Shown: positions 1 to 7,846 of the stretch, in pieces
How the letters are laid out: each line of letters opens with the position of its first letter
Position numbering within the stretch: position 1 is the stretch's first letter
DNA from: a virus
Lineage: Duplodnaviria > Caudoviricetes
Reading direction: 5' to 3' (one strand)
DNA length: 35,144 nt
IMG/VR virus record: IMGVR_UViG_3300042815_000183
Location: 1-35,144 of that record
Translations under genes and position numbers: made by a program
Notes under the pieces: model-generated
The model's input: only the letters and a program-made list of their open reading frames with translations
Databases searched by the model: none
Told to the model about the DNA's origin: nothing

Positions 1-1
1 T

Positions 2-721
2 CTCGCTGTTCTGCTTGGCCCCAGCGTTCCTGTTACCGCAGCAGGCGGTCTCGATAGAAACCGTGGAAACGCCGAAGAACTGCGTCGCTACTGGACAATT
101 GGTCGCGGTGGTCTCAAGATTCGCTGGACGACACCTGGCGACTGGACCCGCTGTGTTCGCAACCTTCGCAAGTACATGGGTCCTCGCGCTAAGGGATATT
201 GTGCTCTCCGTCACAAGGAGATGAACGGCTACTGGCCTGGCGACAAGCGGAACCGCGAAACCGGAATTATTGACGACGCTACTTACCTTGTATCAGAAGA
301 GCAGGTTCTCACGGCTGCCGTCCTTCGCGCTGAGCGCGACGAGCTTGTACAGCGTATCTCAGCTCTCCGTGCTGGTGGGCAGATTCAGACTGTCGGCGAC
401 GACTACAATTCCAGCACTTCAAACTACTTCCACCGAGATCGCATTGAAGTTCCTGAAACTATTCGTGACATGGTCGAATACGGGGACTCCGATGAGGTCG
501 AAGAAATTTTGTTTATGGACCTAATTCCCACCCAAAAGAGTGTCAACATGCGTCGAGTTGGTCGCAACTACACTTCTGACAAGCCTGTCAAAGTCTGGAA
601 AGACGACGAAGGCTACAAACTTATTGACGGCCACCACCGCTGCGTCGGCCACTACCTCAATGGTAATGACTACGTCAAAGCCAAGGTATTTAGCGCTCAC
701 GCGGAAGAAGGAGCAGAATAA
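2..721 (+). CDS. 5'-truncated head-associated multidomain protein: KIRW..PGDWTRC..GYC domain plus C-terminal ParB/Srx-like domain
   Basis: Frame 2 is open from base 2, so the track's 176 start is internal. It reads ...PVTAAGG...LKIRWTTPGDWTRCVRNLRKYMGPRAKGYCALRHKEMNGYWPG, a motif block I recall from actinophage head-region proteins. The C-terminus LIPTQ...KLIDGHHR is ParB/sulfiredoxin-like. The stop overlaps the next ATG (TAATG). Confidence 0.7.
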   Translation, partial: LAVLLGPSVPVTAAGGLDRNRGNAEELRRYWTIGRGGLKIRWTTPGDWTRCVRNLRKYMGPRAKGYCALRHKEMNGYWPGDKRNRETGIIDDATYLVSEEQVLTAAVLRAERDELVQRISALRAGGQIQTVGDDYNSSTSNYFHRDRIEVPETIRDMVEYGDSDEVEEILFMDLIPTQKSVNMRRVGRNYTSDKPVKVWKDDEGYKLIDGHHRCVGHYLNGNDYVKAKVFSAHAEEGAE

Positions 722-3606
722 TGCACAACGACAAAGAAATCCGCATGAGCGGGTCCAAGTTTGTTATTCCTCTGGTTATCCCAGAAGAGACTGAGTCGGG
801 TGATGGTCGTATGTTCCGTAAGGACGCCATCGAAATCCGTGAACTTCCTCTCCCACTCTTGTGGCAAATCAAAACTGGCTCCGGCCACGACGGCTCTGTA
901 GTTGTCGGACGCATCGATCAAATGGAGCGTACCGAAAAAGGAATTGGAAACTGCTACGGCACTTTCGATGATGGTCCCTACGGACGCGAGGCCGAGCGCC
1001 TCGTCCGAAACGGTTTTCTGCGCGGTGTTTCTGCGGATATGGATCGCTTTGAAGCGGACGATAATCGCAAAGATAAAGACAAAGATGTGTCGGATATGGC
1101 TAAAAAACCAGACAAAATCAAAAAAGACAAAATTGTTGTAAATAAGGCTCGTGTAATGGCGGTTACAATAGTATCAAAGCCCGCTTTTCAGGAGTGCCAA
1201 ATTGCTCTTGCCAATGAAGGGCAAGAAGCCTACACTCAGGAGGAAACTGTGTTGACCGATGGCGTATACGCCGACGATGCTGACCCCATGGATGCCGCGT
1301 CATTAGTGGCGTGCGGCATGGTTGCTCAGCAGATCCCCGTCGTACCACCCAAGATGTGGTTCGAAAACCCTCGCCTCGATAAGGCGACCCCACTTACCGT
1401 CTCTGATGACGGCCATGTCTACGGACACATTGCGTCGTGGGAGACTGATCACATTGGTCTTCCCTTCGGCACTAAGCCACCCCGTAGCCGTGCCAACTAT
1501 GGATACTTCCACACTGGAGTTGTTCGCGTAGATGATGGAGCTGACATCCCTGTTGGCCAGCTTACTCTTGCTGGCGGTCACGCTGATTTGACCGCGTCGG
1601 CGGCTGAAGCCGTCAAGCACTATGACGACACCGCGAGCGCAGTTGCTGACGTTCACGCTGGCGAAGACCGCTACGGAATCTGGGTTGCTGGAGCACTTCG
1701 CCCCGGAGTCCAGCCCGAGCAAGTCCGTGCGCTTCGCGCGTCATCCCCTTCGGGTGACTGGCGTCCAATCCGTGGCTCGCTCGAGCTCGTCGCTGTCTGT
1801 CAGGTCAACGTTCCCGGATTCCCGATTGCACGAGCTCGCGTTGCGTCTGGCCAGGTTATGGCGCTTGTTGCTGCTGGTGCTGCCACTCTCGCTCGTATGA
1901 AGTCCAACCCCATTGACGATCTTCAGACTCGCCTCAAGCTTCTCGAGGAGAAGGAAAAGAATGCTCTGGTTGCGGCTGCCGATAAAGCTCGCATGGACTT
2001 TGCCAACAAGAAGATGAAGTCTTACGCTCCCAACATTGACAGCCGTTTGGCAGAAATGCTCCAGCAGACTCTTGCTGATGTGTCTGTCTTCGCGGCCAAG
2101 GTTCAAGGACACCACTGGAACGTTGAAGGAATGAACTTCCCACAACTTCACGAGTTGTTTGCCACCATCTACGAAGATGTCGAGGACTCGATTGACCCTC
2201 TCGCGGAGAACATCCGCAAAATGGGATACAAGGCTCCTTTTGATCTTGCTACCTTTGCCAAAATGAGCCAGTTCGGTGAGTCTGACTTAGGACCCAACCC
2301 CACGTGCCAAGAAATGATTGCTGACCTTCACAAAGTCAACGAGAGTGTCATTGGTCTACTCAAGGCTGTATTTGACGTAGCTGACCAAGCCAACGAGCAA
2401 GGTGTTGCTGACTTCATTGCTGGACGTATCGATTCTCACCAAGAGTGGGCATGGCAGTTGCGCGTATCGCTCGCTAACCGCGAAAAAGAAGAGTATAAAG
2501 CAGAGCGTATGGATCGTATGGAAGATTCCTACGAGGACGAAGACTACGACGCGTTCTTTGCTTCTCTCTCTAGGCAGGGTGTCCCCGAAGCAGGTCTCAC
2601 GGCTAGCGCGGGCGACCTTGTTCAGCGTGCCCGCGAACTCTCGGCTATTACAGAATTTGCTAAGTTCACCTCGAAGGAGCGTGAATCTCTTGCAGACAAG
2701 GGTCAGGCTCTTCCCGATGGTTCGTACCCAATTCGCAACGAATCTGATCTGAAGAACGCTATCCAAGCATTCGGTCGATCCAAAAAGTCAGATCGCGCCA
2801 GGGTTCGTAAGCACATCACTAAGCGTGCGCGAGCTCTCGGTAAAGCAAAGATGATTCCTGAAAACTGGAAAACTGCTGCTTCGGACTCTATCACCGCAAG
2901 CCTTGAGTCGATGCGTAACCGCACTGCAATCTTGGCTTCCGCTGAAGGAGATGCAATTATTGAAGCTGTTCGCCAGATTCGCGCCGGGAACATTCCTGAC
3001 CTGACCAATGTCAATCCCAAGCAGCTAGAGATTCTCCTCCCCGGTGTCAACATCCAAGACATCCTTGACGCAAAAGAGGGGAAGAACGATGGCCGTGTCA
3101 AGTACACGCCCAAGACTCAACCCCGCGATGCTCAGGGACGATTCCGTCAGGTACTTGCTCGTTTGAAGCAGGACCTCGGTGACTCAGGTAACTCGGATGT
3201 CCTTCAAAAAATTGAAGAAATTGAGAACCTTGACAATGCTGGTGACTACTTGGCTTCTGTTATGGCATCAAAAGACCTTCTTGATATTGTTGATCGTCTC
3301 GACGCTGGCGCACTGAACGCCGAGTCCCTCGAAAATGTTCGCTCGTCCACCACAGAACTTGGACGCGCGATTGCAAACCTCCCACTACCTTTCGACAACC
3401 AAGCGCAGAAAGTTCGCTACAGCGATCTTCCTCCTACGTTGAAGAACTTGATGGACGACATGATAACCCGTGTTGAAGCCAAGATTGGGAAAGAAGACGC
3501 CGATATTGCTACCCGGGAGCTGAAAGGCTTCCAAGCAGGATCGGATGTATACAGTCAAGCAGATATTTCATCGCAGATGAACCGTTTGCTTCGATTGCTA
3601 ACTTAA
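721..3606 (+). CDS. Capsid maturation protease polyprotein (protease domain(s) + Dps domain + small basic domain + QPRD-GRF motif + helical C-terminus)
   Basis: N-terminal DGR..PLPLLWQ..GH56DG..LRGVS104AD..VTIVSKPAF pattern of HK97/assemblin-type prohead proteases; lies directly before the major capsid gene; 961 aa. Confidence 0.85.
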   Translation: MHNDKEIRMSGSKFVIPLVIPEETESGDGRMFRKDAIEIRELPLPLLWQIKTGSGHDGSVVVGRIDQMERTEKGIGNCYGTFDDGPYGREAERLVRNGFLRGVSADMDRFEADDNRKDKDKDVSDMAKKPDKIKKDKIVVNKARVMAVTIVSKPAFQECQIALANEGQEAYTQEETVLTDGVYADDADPMDAASLVACGMVAQQIPVVPPKMWFENPRLDKATPLTVSDDGHVYGHIASWETDHIGLPFGTKPPRSRANYGYFHTGVVRVDDGADIPVGQLTLAGGHADLTASAAEAVKHYDDTASAVADVHAGEDRYGIWVAGALRPGVQPEQVRALRASSPSGDWRPIRGSLELVAVCQVNVPGFPIARARVASGQVMALVAAGAATLARMKSNPIDDLQTRLKLLEEKEKNALVAAADKARMDFANKKMKSYAPNIDSRLAEMLQQTLADVSVFAAKVQGHHWNVEGMNFPQLHELFATIYEDVEDSIDPLAENIRKMGYKAPFDLATFAKMSQFGESDLGPNPTCQEMIADLHKVNESVIGLLKAVFDVADQANEQGVADFIAGRIDSHQEWAWQLRVSLANREKEEYKAERMDRMEDSYEDEDYDAFFASLSRQGVPEAGLTASAGDLVQRARELSAITEFAKFTSKERESLADKGQALPDGSYPIRNESDLKNAIQAFGRSKKSDRARVRKHITKRARALGKAKMIPENWKTAASDSITASLESMRNRTAILASAEGDAIIEAVRQIRAGNIPDLTNVNPKQLEILLPGVNIQDILDAKEGKNDGRVKYTPKTQPRDAQGRFRQVLARLKQDLGDSGNSDVLQKIEEIENLDNAGDYLASVMASKDLLDIVDRLDAGALNAESLENVRSSTTELGRAIANLPLPFDNQAQKVRYSDLPPTLKNLMDDMITRVEAKIGKEDADIATRELKGFQAGSDVYSQADISSQMNRLLRLLT
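2041..2472 (+). other. dps: Dps (mini-ferritin) domain embedded in the protease ORF, aa ~441-584
   Basis: HHWNVEGMNFPQLHELF...IDPLAENIR...HQEWAWQL. H465, H477, D492 and E496 have the 12/15/4 spacing of the Dps ferroxidase ligands (Listeria H31/H43/D58/E62), with W466 following the first His. Confidence 0.93.
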
Positions 3607-3614
3607 TAATAAGT

Positions 3615-3620
3615 TACAAT
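3615..3620 (+). promoter_or_regulatory. Candidate -10 element (TACAAT) upstream of the major capsid gene
   Basis: TACAAT in an AT-rich patch just after the protease stop; SD AAGGAG precedes GTG 3726. Confidence 0.4.
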
Positions 3621-3725
3621 TAGTAAGAAGGGTGTAGCGCCTGCATCGATGATGGTAGTCCCTACGCCTCAGACTATATCCCCAGGTAGACATCCCGTCT
3701 GCCGACTGACCTAAGGAGAGGTACA

Positions 3726-5720
3726 GTGGATTCTTTTAAGAACCAACTGGACCGACTGTCCGAACTGAACGACGAGCAAGTCTCGGAACTTCAGGCGGGC
3801 ATCATCACCGAGTTCGAGTCTATCGACGAGAACGGCGATCTCACACCTGAGTCAGTGGATGCCATGACAACTCTAGCGGACATGCTAGAGACAGTCCGTG
3901 GTGAGGTGCAGCGCCGCGAGGCGCAGGCCGAGGAACTTGTTTCCATAGCCGCCGAAGCCACTAATCGAGTATATGGTGATGGAGAATCTGAAGAGATGAT
4001 CCCCGCCGAGGAAGAAGAGGAAGCCCCAATGGCTACTGAACCAGAAATGGTAGAGGAGACCGAAGAGCCCACCGCTCCAACTGAGGACGAGATCGTTGAA
4101 GAAGTTCCAATGACTATGCCCGAAGAGGACGAAGACGAAATGTCTGAGGCATCGACTGTCTCCGATGAGAATGCCGAATTCTCGACGGATGAAGAACCCG
4201 AGGTTGTAGAAGAAGTACTGGATGGATCGGCTGATGTCGATGCTCCTGTTGCCGAATTCTCAACTGATGAGGAAGTCGTCCCTGCTGAAACAGCAGAACC
4301 CGCCCCCGCCGAAGAGGCTCCCGCAGGCGAAGAAGCAGTTGTTGCTTCCGTCGAGGGTGCTGACGAGGCTGAGGCACCAACCGAAGAAATCACCGACATT
4401 GCGCCCGAGGCGCAGGAAGAGGCACCCGTGACCGCCGCAGCAGAAGGAGCTTTCGAAGCTCCAGCAGACCGCCGTCCAGTTGCTCAGGTTGCACCCGTAA
4501 CACCCGTTGCTATTACAGCGGGCGCGGACATCCCTGGCTACACGGCTGGAAGCACCCTTACAGACATGTCGGAGGTGGCACAGGCTTTTGAAAAGCGCCT
4601 GCACACCCTCCGTCGCGTCAATGGTGGAGATGGAGAACAGCACATCGTTGCATCCCTCTCGACCCAGTACCCCGAAGCCCGCACCTTGGGCTCAGACCCC
4701 GAAGAGAACCGCGCAAAGATCCAAGCAGTTGTCGGCCCTGAGGCCCTCATCGCTTCCGGTGGTTTTGCAACGCCTCTCGAGGTCAAGTACGACGTCTTCG
4801 GACTCGGAACGAGCATTCGTCCCGTCCGTGACTCGCTCCCCCGTTTCCAGGCAGACCGTGGCGGTATCCGCTACGTCACTCCTCCAGTGCTCTCGTCTTA
4901 CGCGAACGCTGTTGGTGTGTGGACCGCTGCTAACGACTCAGCAGCAAGCCCTGACCCCGCGTCAAAGCTTTCGCTGACCGTTACTGCTGCTGCTGAATTG
5001 ACTGCCGTCACCGACGCTGTCACTCTGCAGATGCAGTTTGGTAACCTGTTTACCCGCGCGTACCCCGAGCTCCTCGCTCGCCACAACGAGCTTGGCTTGA
5101 TCCAGCACGCTCGTGAGGCAGAGCAGAACCTGCTCTCGCGTATCGCAACTGACTCGACAGCAGTTACAACCACAAGCCTCATCGGCTTTGGTCGCGACTT
5201 CCTCGTTCAGATCCGTCGTGCAGCCGCAGCTTACCGCTCGCGTCACCGTATCGAAGCTAGCACCCAGCTCCGCGCCATCATCCCTGACTGGGTATATGAC
5301 GCAGTTGCAGCGGACCTCACGCTCGCAATGCCTGGTGACAGCACGATCTCGATCTCGATGTCGGAAATCAACGGATACCTTGCCACCTCGAACGTGACGC
5401 TCGTCGCTTCGCTCGACTCGTCGGTCTTCGGCTCGCAGAGTGCTGCTGCACTCCTCGAGTTCCCTGACTCGTTCGTTTGGTACCTGTTTGCTGAAGGAAC
5501 CTTCGTCTTCCTTGACGGTGGAACCCTCGACCTCGGTATCATCCGTGACTCGACCCTCGTCGGAACCAACGACTACAAGATGTTCGTTGAAACCTTCGAA
5601 GGCGTCGCCAAGGTTGGTGTCGAGTCTCTCGCCATCACCTCGACGATCAACGTCAACGGTACCGCCGCAGCACTCCGTGACACCACGGGTAACACCGCTG
5701 CAGCAACCATCGAGTACTAA
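3726..5720 (+). CDS. Major capsid (hexamer-type) protein with long acidic N-terminal scaffold-like extension
   Basis: 664 aa; helical then E/A/P-rich N-terminal ~300 aa, followed by ALIASGG..P...RDSLPRFQADRGGIRY and GGTLDLGIIRDSTLVGTNDY..FVETFEG motifs typical of Rosebush-like major capsids; strong SD. Confidence 0.88.
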   Translation: MDSFKNQLDRLSELNDEQVSELQAGIITEFESIDENGDLTPESVDAMTTLADMLETVRGEVQRREAQAEELVSIAAEATNRVYGDGESEEMIPAEEEEEAPMATEPEMVEETEEPTAPTEDEIVEEVPMTMPEEDEDEMSEASTVSDENAEFSTDEEPEVVEEVLDGSADVDAPVAEFSTDEEVVPAETAEPAPAEEAPAGEEAVVASVEGADEAEAPTEEITDIAPEAQEEAPVTAAAEGAFEAPADRRPVAQVAPVTPVAITAGADIPGYTAGSTLTDMSEVAQAFEKRLHTLRRVNGGDGEQHIVASLSTQYPEARTLGSDPEENRAKIQAVVGPEALIASGGFATPLEVKYDVFGLGTSIRPVRDSLPRFQADRGGIRYVTPPVLSSYANAVGVWTAANDSAASPDPASKLSLTVTAAAELTAVTDAVTLQMQFGNLFTRAYPELLARHNELGLIQHAREAEQNLLSRIATDSTAVTTTSLIGFGRDFLVQIRRAAAAYRSRHRIEASTQLRAIIPDWVYDAVAADLTLAMPGDSTISISMSEINGYLATSNVTLVASLDSSVFGSQSAAALLEFPDSFVWYLFAEGTFVFLDGGTLDLGIIRDSTLVGTNDYKMFVETFEGVAKVGVESLAITSTINVNGTAAALRDTTGNTAAATIEY

Positions 5721-5732
5721 TCCTCGATAGGT

Positions 5733-5777
5733 AACCACCCCGTGGTTGTTCCCCAGGGGCTTCGGCCCCTGGGGGAC
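5733..5777 (+). terminator. Tandem hairpins including a GC-rich cUUCGg stem-loop between the two capsid genes
   Basis: aaccac-ccc-gtggtt (5733-5747), then ccccaggggc-TTCG-gcccctgggg (5751-5774, perfect 10-bp stem). No U-tract follows. Confidence 0.7.
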
Positions 5778-5813
5778 TCCCCACACAAGATCAGACCTTA
5801 AGGAAAGAACCAA

Positions 5814-6713
5814 ATGGCATTCAACGGAGTCCACCCGGCACTTCCCCTCGAGCCGACTCAGTTCGGACTCTTCGCTGCGGTTCCCCCAATCACCCACGCT
5901 TCGCGCGACTACGACGAGCGCTGGGAACGCGGATATGCACAAATGCTTGAATCTTCTCCCTATGCACTTCGCAACTGGGATATCACTAGTAATACTAGCA
6001 ACGTCATCCACGGCACTGATTCAGGTGCTCGTAGGGAAGATCGATTTATCGCTCAAATCCGTCCCTTCTTTATTGAAGTAGAGGACGACGCTTCTACTCT
6101 CGGTCTTGTTGCTGAAGATCGTTTTGCCCGTGTTCTTCGACAGCTCGAAGCCGCATCGCAGAAGGCCGTTGAAGAGGAGCTTTGGGACGGCGCTATTGCT
6201 CAGGGAGAATCACTTGTTAACCCCTACCTGACCAAAGCCGCGACCGTTACTACTCTCAACTCTGGGACTGCTCTTTCTGCCAAGCGTGCTCTTGCCTTGC
6301 TTGAGCACTACATTGGCACCACATCGCCTTTTGGCGAGCAAGGGTTTATTCACATGACTCGCGATGTTGCAGCCATACTTAGCTCTAACAGCCAGATGCT
6401 GTTCCACGACAAGGGAAAAGACCACCATCAAACCCACGGCGGAACCCCAGTCATTATTGGCTCGGGCTACTCTGGCGCTGGACCCGTTGGTGCAACGGGA
6501 GCTTCGGCTACCGACACTAACAAATGGATGTACGCCACAGGCTCACTCCGAGTTCACCTCGGCAAGCCTGAGGTCGTCAACGACACACTGGCCCAGGGCT
6601 ATAACGTGTCGGGAAATGCAAATGACATGAAGATCAAGGCTTACCGATCTGCATCGGTCTTCTTTGACACTTCGATCCACCTCGCTGTTCGAGTTGATCT
6701 GACAGCGGCCTAA
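5814..6713 (+). CDS. Second capsid protein, probable pentamer-type major capsid protein
   Basis: 299 aa directly after the major capsid gene; P..FGLF N-terminus, VEEELWDG, GTPVIIGSGY and WMYATG motifs as in the Rosebush-type pentamer family (recalled, not searched). Confidence 0.7.
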   Translation: MAFNGVHPALPLEPTQFGLFAAVPPITHASRDYDERWERGYAQMLESSPYALRNWDITSNTSNVIHGTDSGARREDRFIAQIRPFFIEVEDDASTLGLVAEDRFARVLRQLEAASQKAVEEELWDGAIAQGESLVNPYLTKAATVTTLNSGTALSAKRALALLEHYIGTTSPFGEQGFIHMTRDVAAILSSNSQMLFHDKGKDHHQTHGGTPVIIGSGYSGAGPVGATGASATDTNKWMYATGSLRVHLGKPEVVNDTLAQGYNVSGNANDMKIKAYRSASVFFDTSIHLAVRVDLTAA

Positions 6714-6740
6714 CCTACAAGAAATAAGGAGAATAGCTAC

Positions 6741-7769
6741 ATGGCTACTCAAGACTACGCCGCCAGCATTCAAGGTGTTGCCATTCGTGTTACCCGGCTC
6801 GATGCCGACGGCAACCTTCTGAACGGTGCTGGTGACTCGTACACCACATCCGCGTTCATGCGCGTATCGTTCACCCCAGAATACGAAGAGGGTGACGAAT
6901 TCACGGAAAAAAGCGCCAACGGTGCTGTCTGCGTGACTTACAAGTCCCCCGACACACTCAAGCGTATCACGATGGAACTTGCCATCTGTGAGCCCGACCC
7001 CGAACTCTCGGCCCTCCTCTCTGGTGGACTCTTGCTTCGCAAGAACACTGGATCGGCAGTACAGTCCATTGGTTGGGCTGCTCCCGGCGTTGGAGACGAC
7101 CCTGCTGGTAACGGTGTTTCCATCGAAGCTTGGTCCATTGCCATCAAGGATGGACGTAAGGCTGCTTCGTACCCCTACTTCCACTGGGTTTTCCCATTCG
7201 CCAAGCTCCGCCAGTCGGGCGACCGCGTTATCGAGAACGGAATGCTCGCAACGACATTCGAAGGTTACGGCCTTGGAAACATTGCGTTTGACTTCGGACC
7301 CGACAACCGCTGGGAGTTCCCACAGGCTTCGGACCGCCCCTACTCGTACGCACGTGCGACATGGGCTCCAACCGGACTCAAGGGCTTCTACACGTGGGGT
7401 GTCACTGACACAATCACTAACGTTGTTGCTGCTGCTGGTACTGTCACCATTACGACAGACGGCGCACACGGCTTCCGCGTTGGTGATGAAGTGACGGTCG
7501 CAGCTGTTACAGCTGGTGCAACCGTAAACGGAACCTTCCCCATCACGGCTGTCCCAACTACAACCACGTTCAGCTACGCCAAGTCGGGTACTGTCGCATC
7601 GGCAGTCGAGACTGGAACCGTCACGAACTACGGAGCCTACGCTGAAGTTGCAACAGGATCGCTTGATAACGACATTGCTATCAACGTCCCTGGAAACATC
7701 AACTACAACGCTGACAACGCCATCGACAACGTGGTAGTCGCGCAGACAGGCCCAACTGGAGCGCCCTAA
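6741..7769 (+). CDS. Major tail (tube) protein with C-terminal accessory beta-module
   Basis: IRVTRLD..G, PEYEEGDEFTEKSANGAVC, CEPDPEL and YFHWVFP motifs of actinophage tail tube proteins; SD AAGGAG; followed by a hairpin. Confidence 0.85.
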   Translation: MATQDYAASIQGVAIRVTRLDADGNLLNGAGDSYTTSAFMRVSFTPEYEEGDEFTEKSANGAVCVTYKSPDTLKRITMELAICEPDPELSALLSGGLLLRKNTGSAVQSIGWAAPGVGDDPAGNGVSIEAWSIAIKDGRKAASYPYFHWVFPFAKLRQSGDRVIENGMLATTFEGYGLGNIAFDFGPDNRWEFPQASDRPYSYARATWAPTGLKGFYTWGVTDTITNVVAAAGTVTITTDGAHGFRVGDEVTVAAVTAGATVNGTFPITAVPTTTTFSYAKSGTVASAVETGTVTNYGAYAEVATGSLDNDIAINVPGNINYNADNAIDNVVVAQTGPTGAP

Positions 7770-7783
7770 CCAATAGTTAACTA

Positions 7784-7825
7784 GGTGGATGGGTGGCACG
7801 TCTCACGGTGTGCCACCCATTTACC
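7784..7825 (+). terminator. Stem-loop after the major tail gene (probable terminator)
   Basis: atgggtggcac (7789-7799) pairs with gtgccacccat (7810-7820), extendable outward with G-U pairs. Confidence 0.7.
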
Positions 7826-7846
7826 ATAAAGGATTAGGAATAAAAA

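Noticed and set aside
176-721. Track start at 176 for the first gene
   Set aside because: The frame is open back to base 2 with a continuous protein-like motif block; the gene is truncated by the window.
2041-2472. Encapsulin nanocompartment with ferritin-like cargo
   Set aside because: The context is a complete tailed-phage morphogenesis operon, and the domain is Dps-type fused to a protease; the parallel with encapsulin cargo is only conceptual.
5746-6081. 111-aa ORF starting in the capsid intergenic hairpin
   Set aside because: It starts within the stem-loop region and overlaps the better-supported 5814 gene in another frame.
4962-7799. Long minus-strand ORFs (349 aa, 418 aa) and the many other antisense or alternate-frame ORFs in the track
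   Set aside because: They shadow well-supported + strand genes, lack recognisable motifs, and are expected from codon bias.
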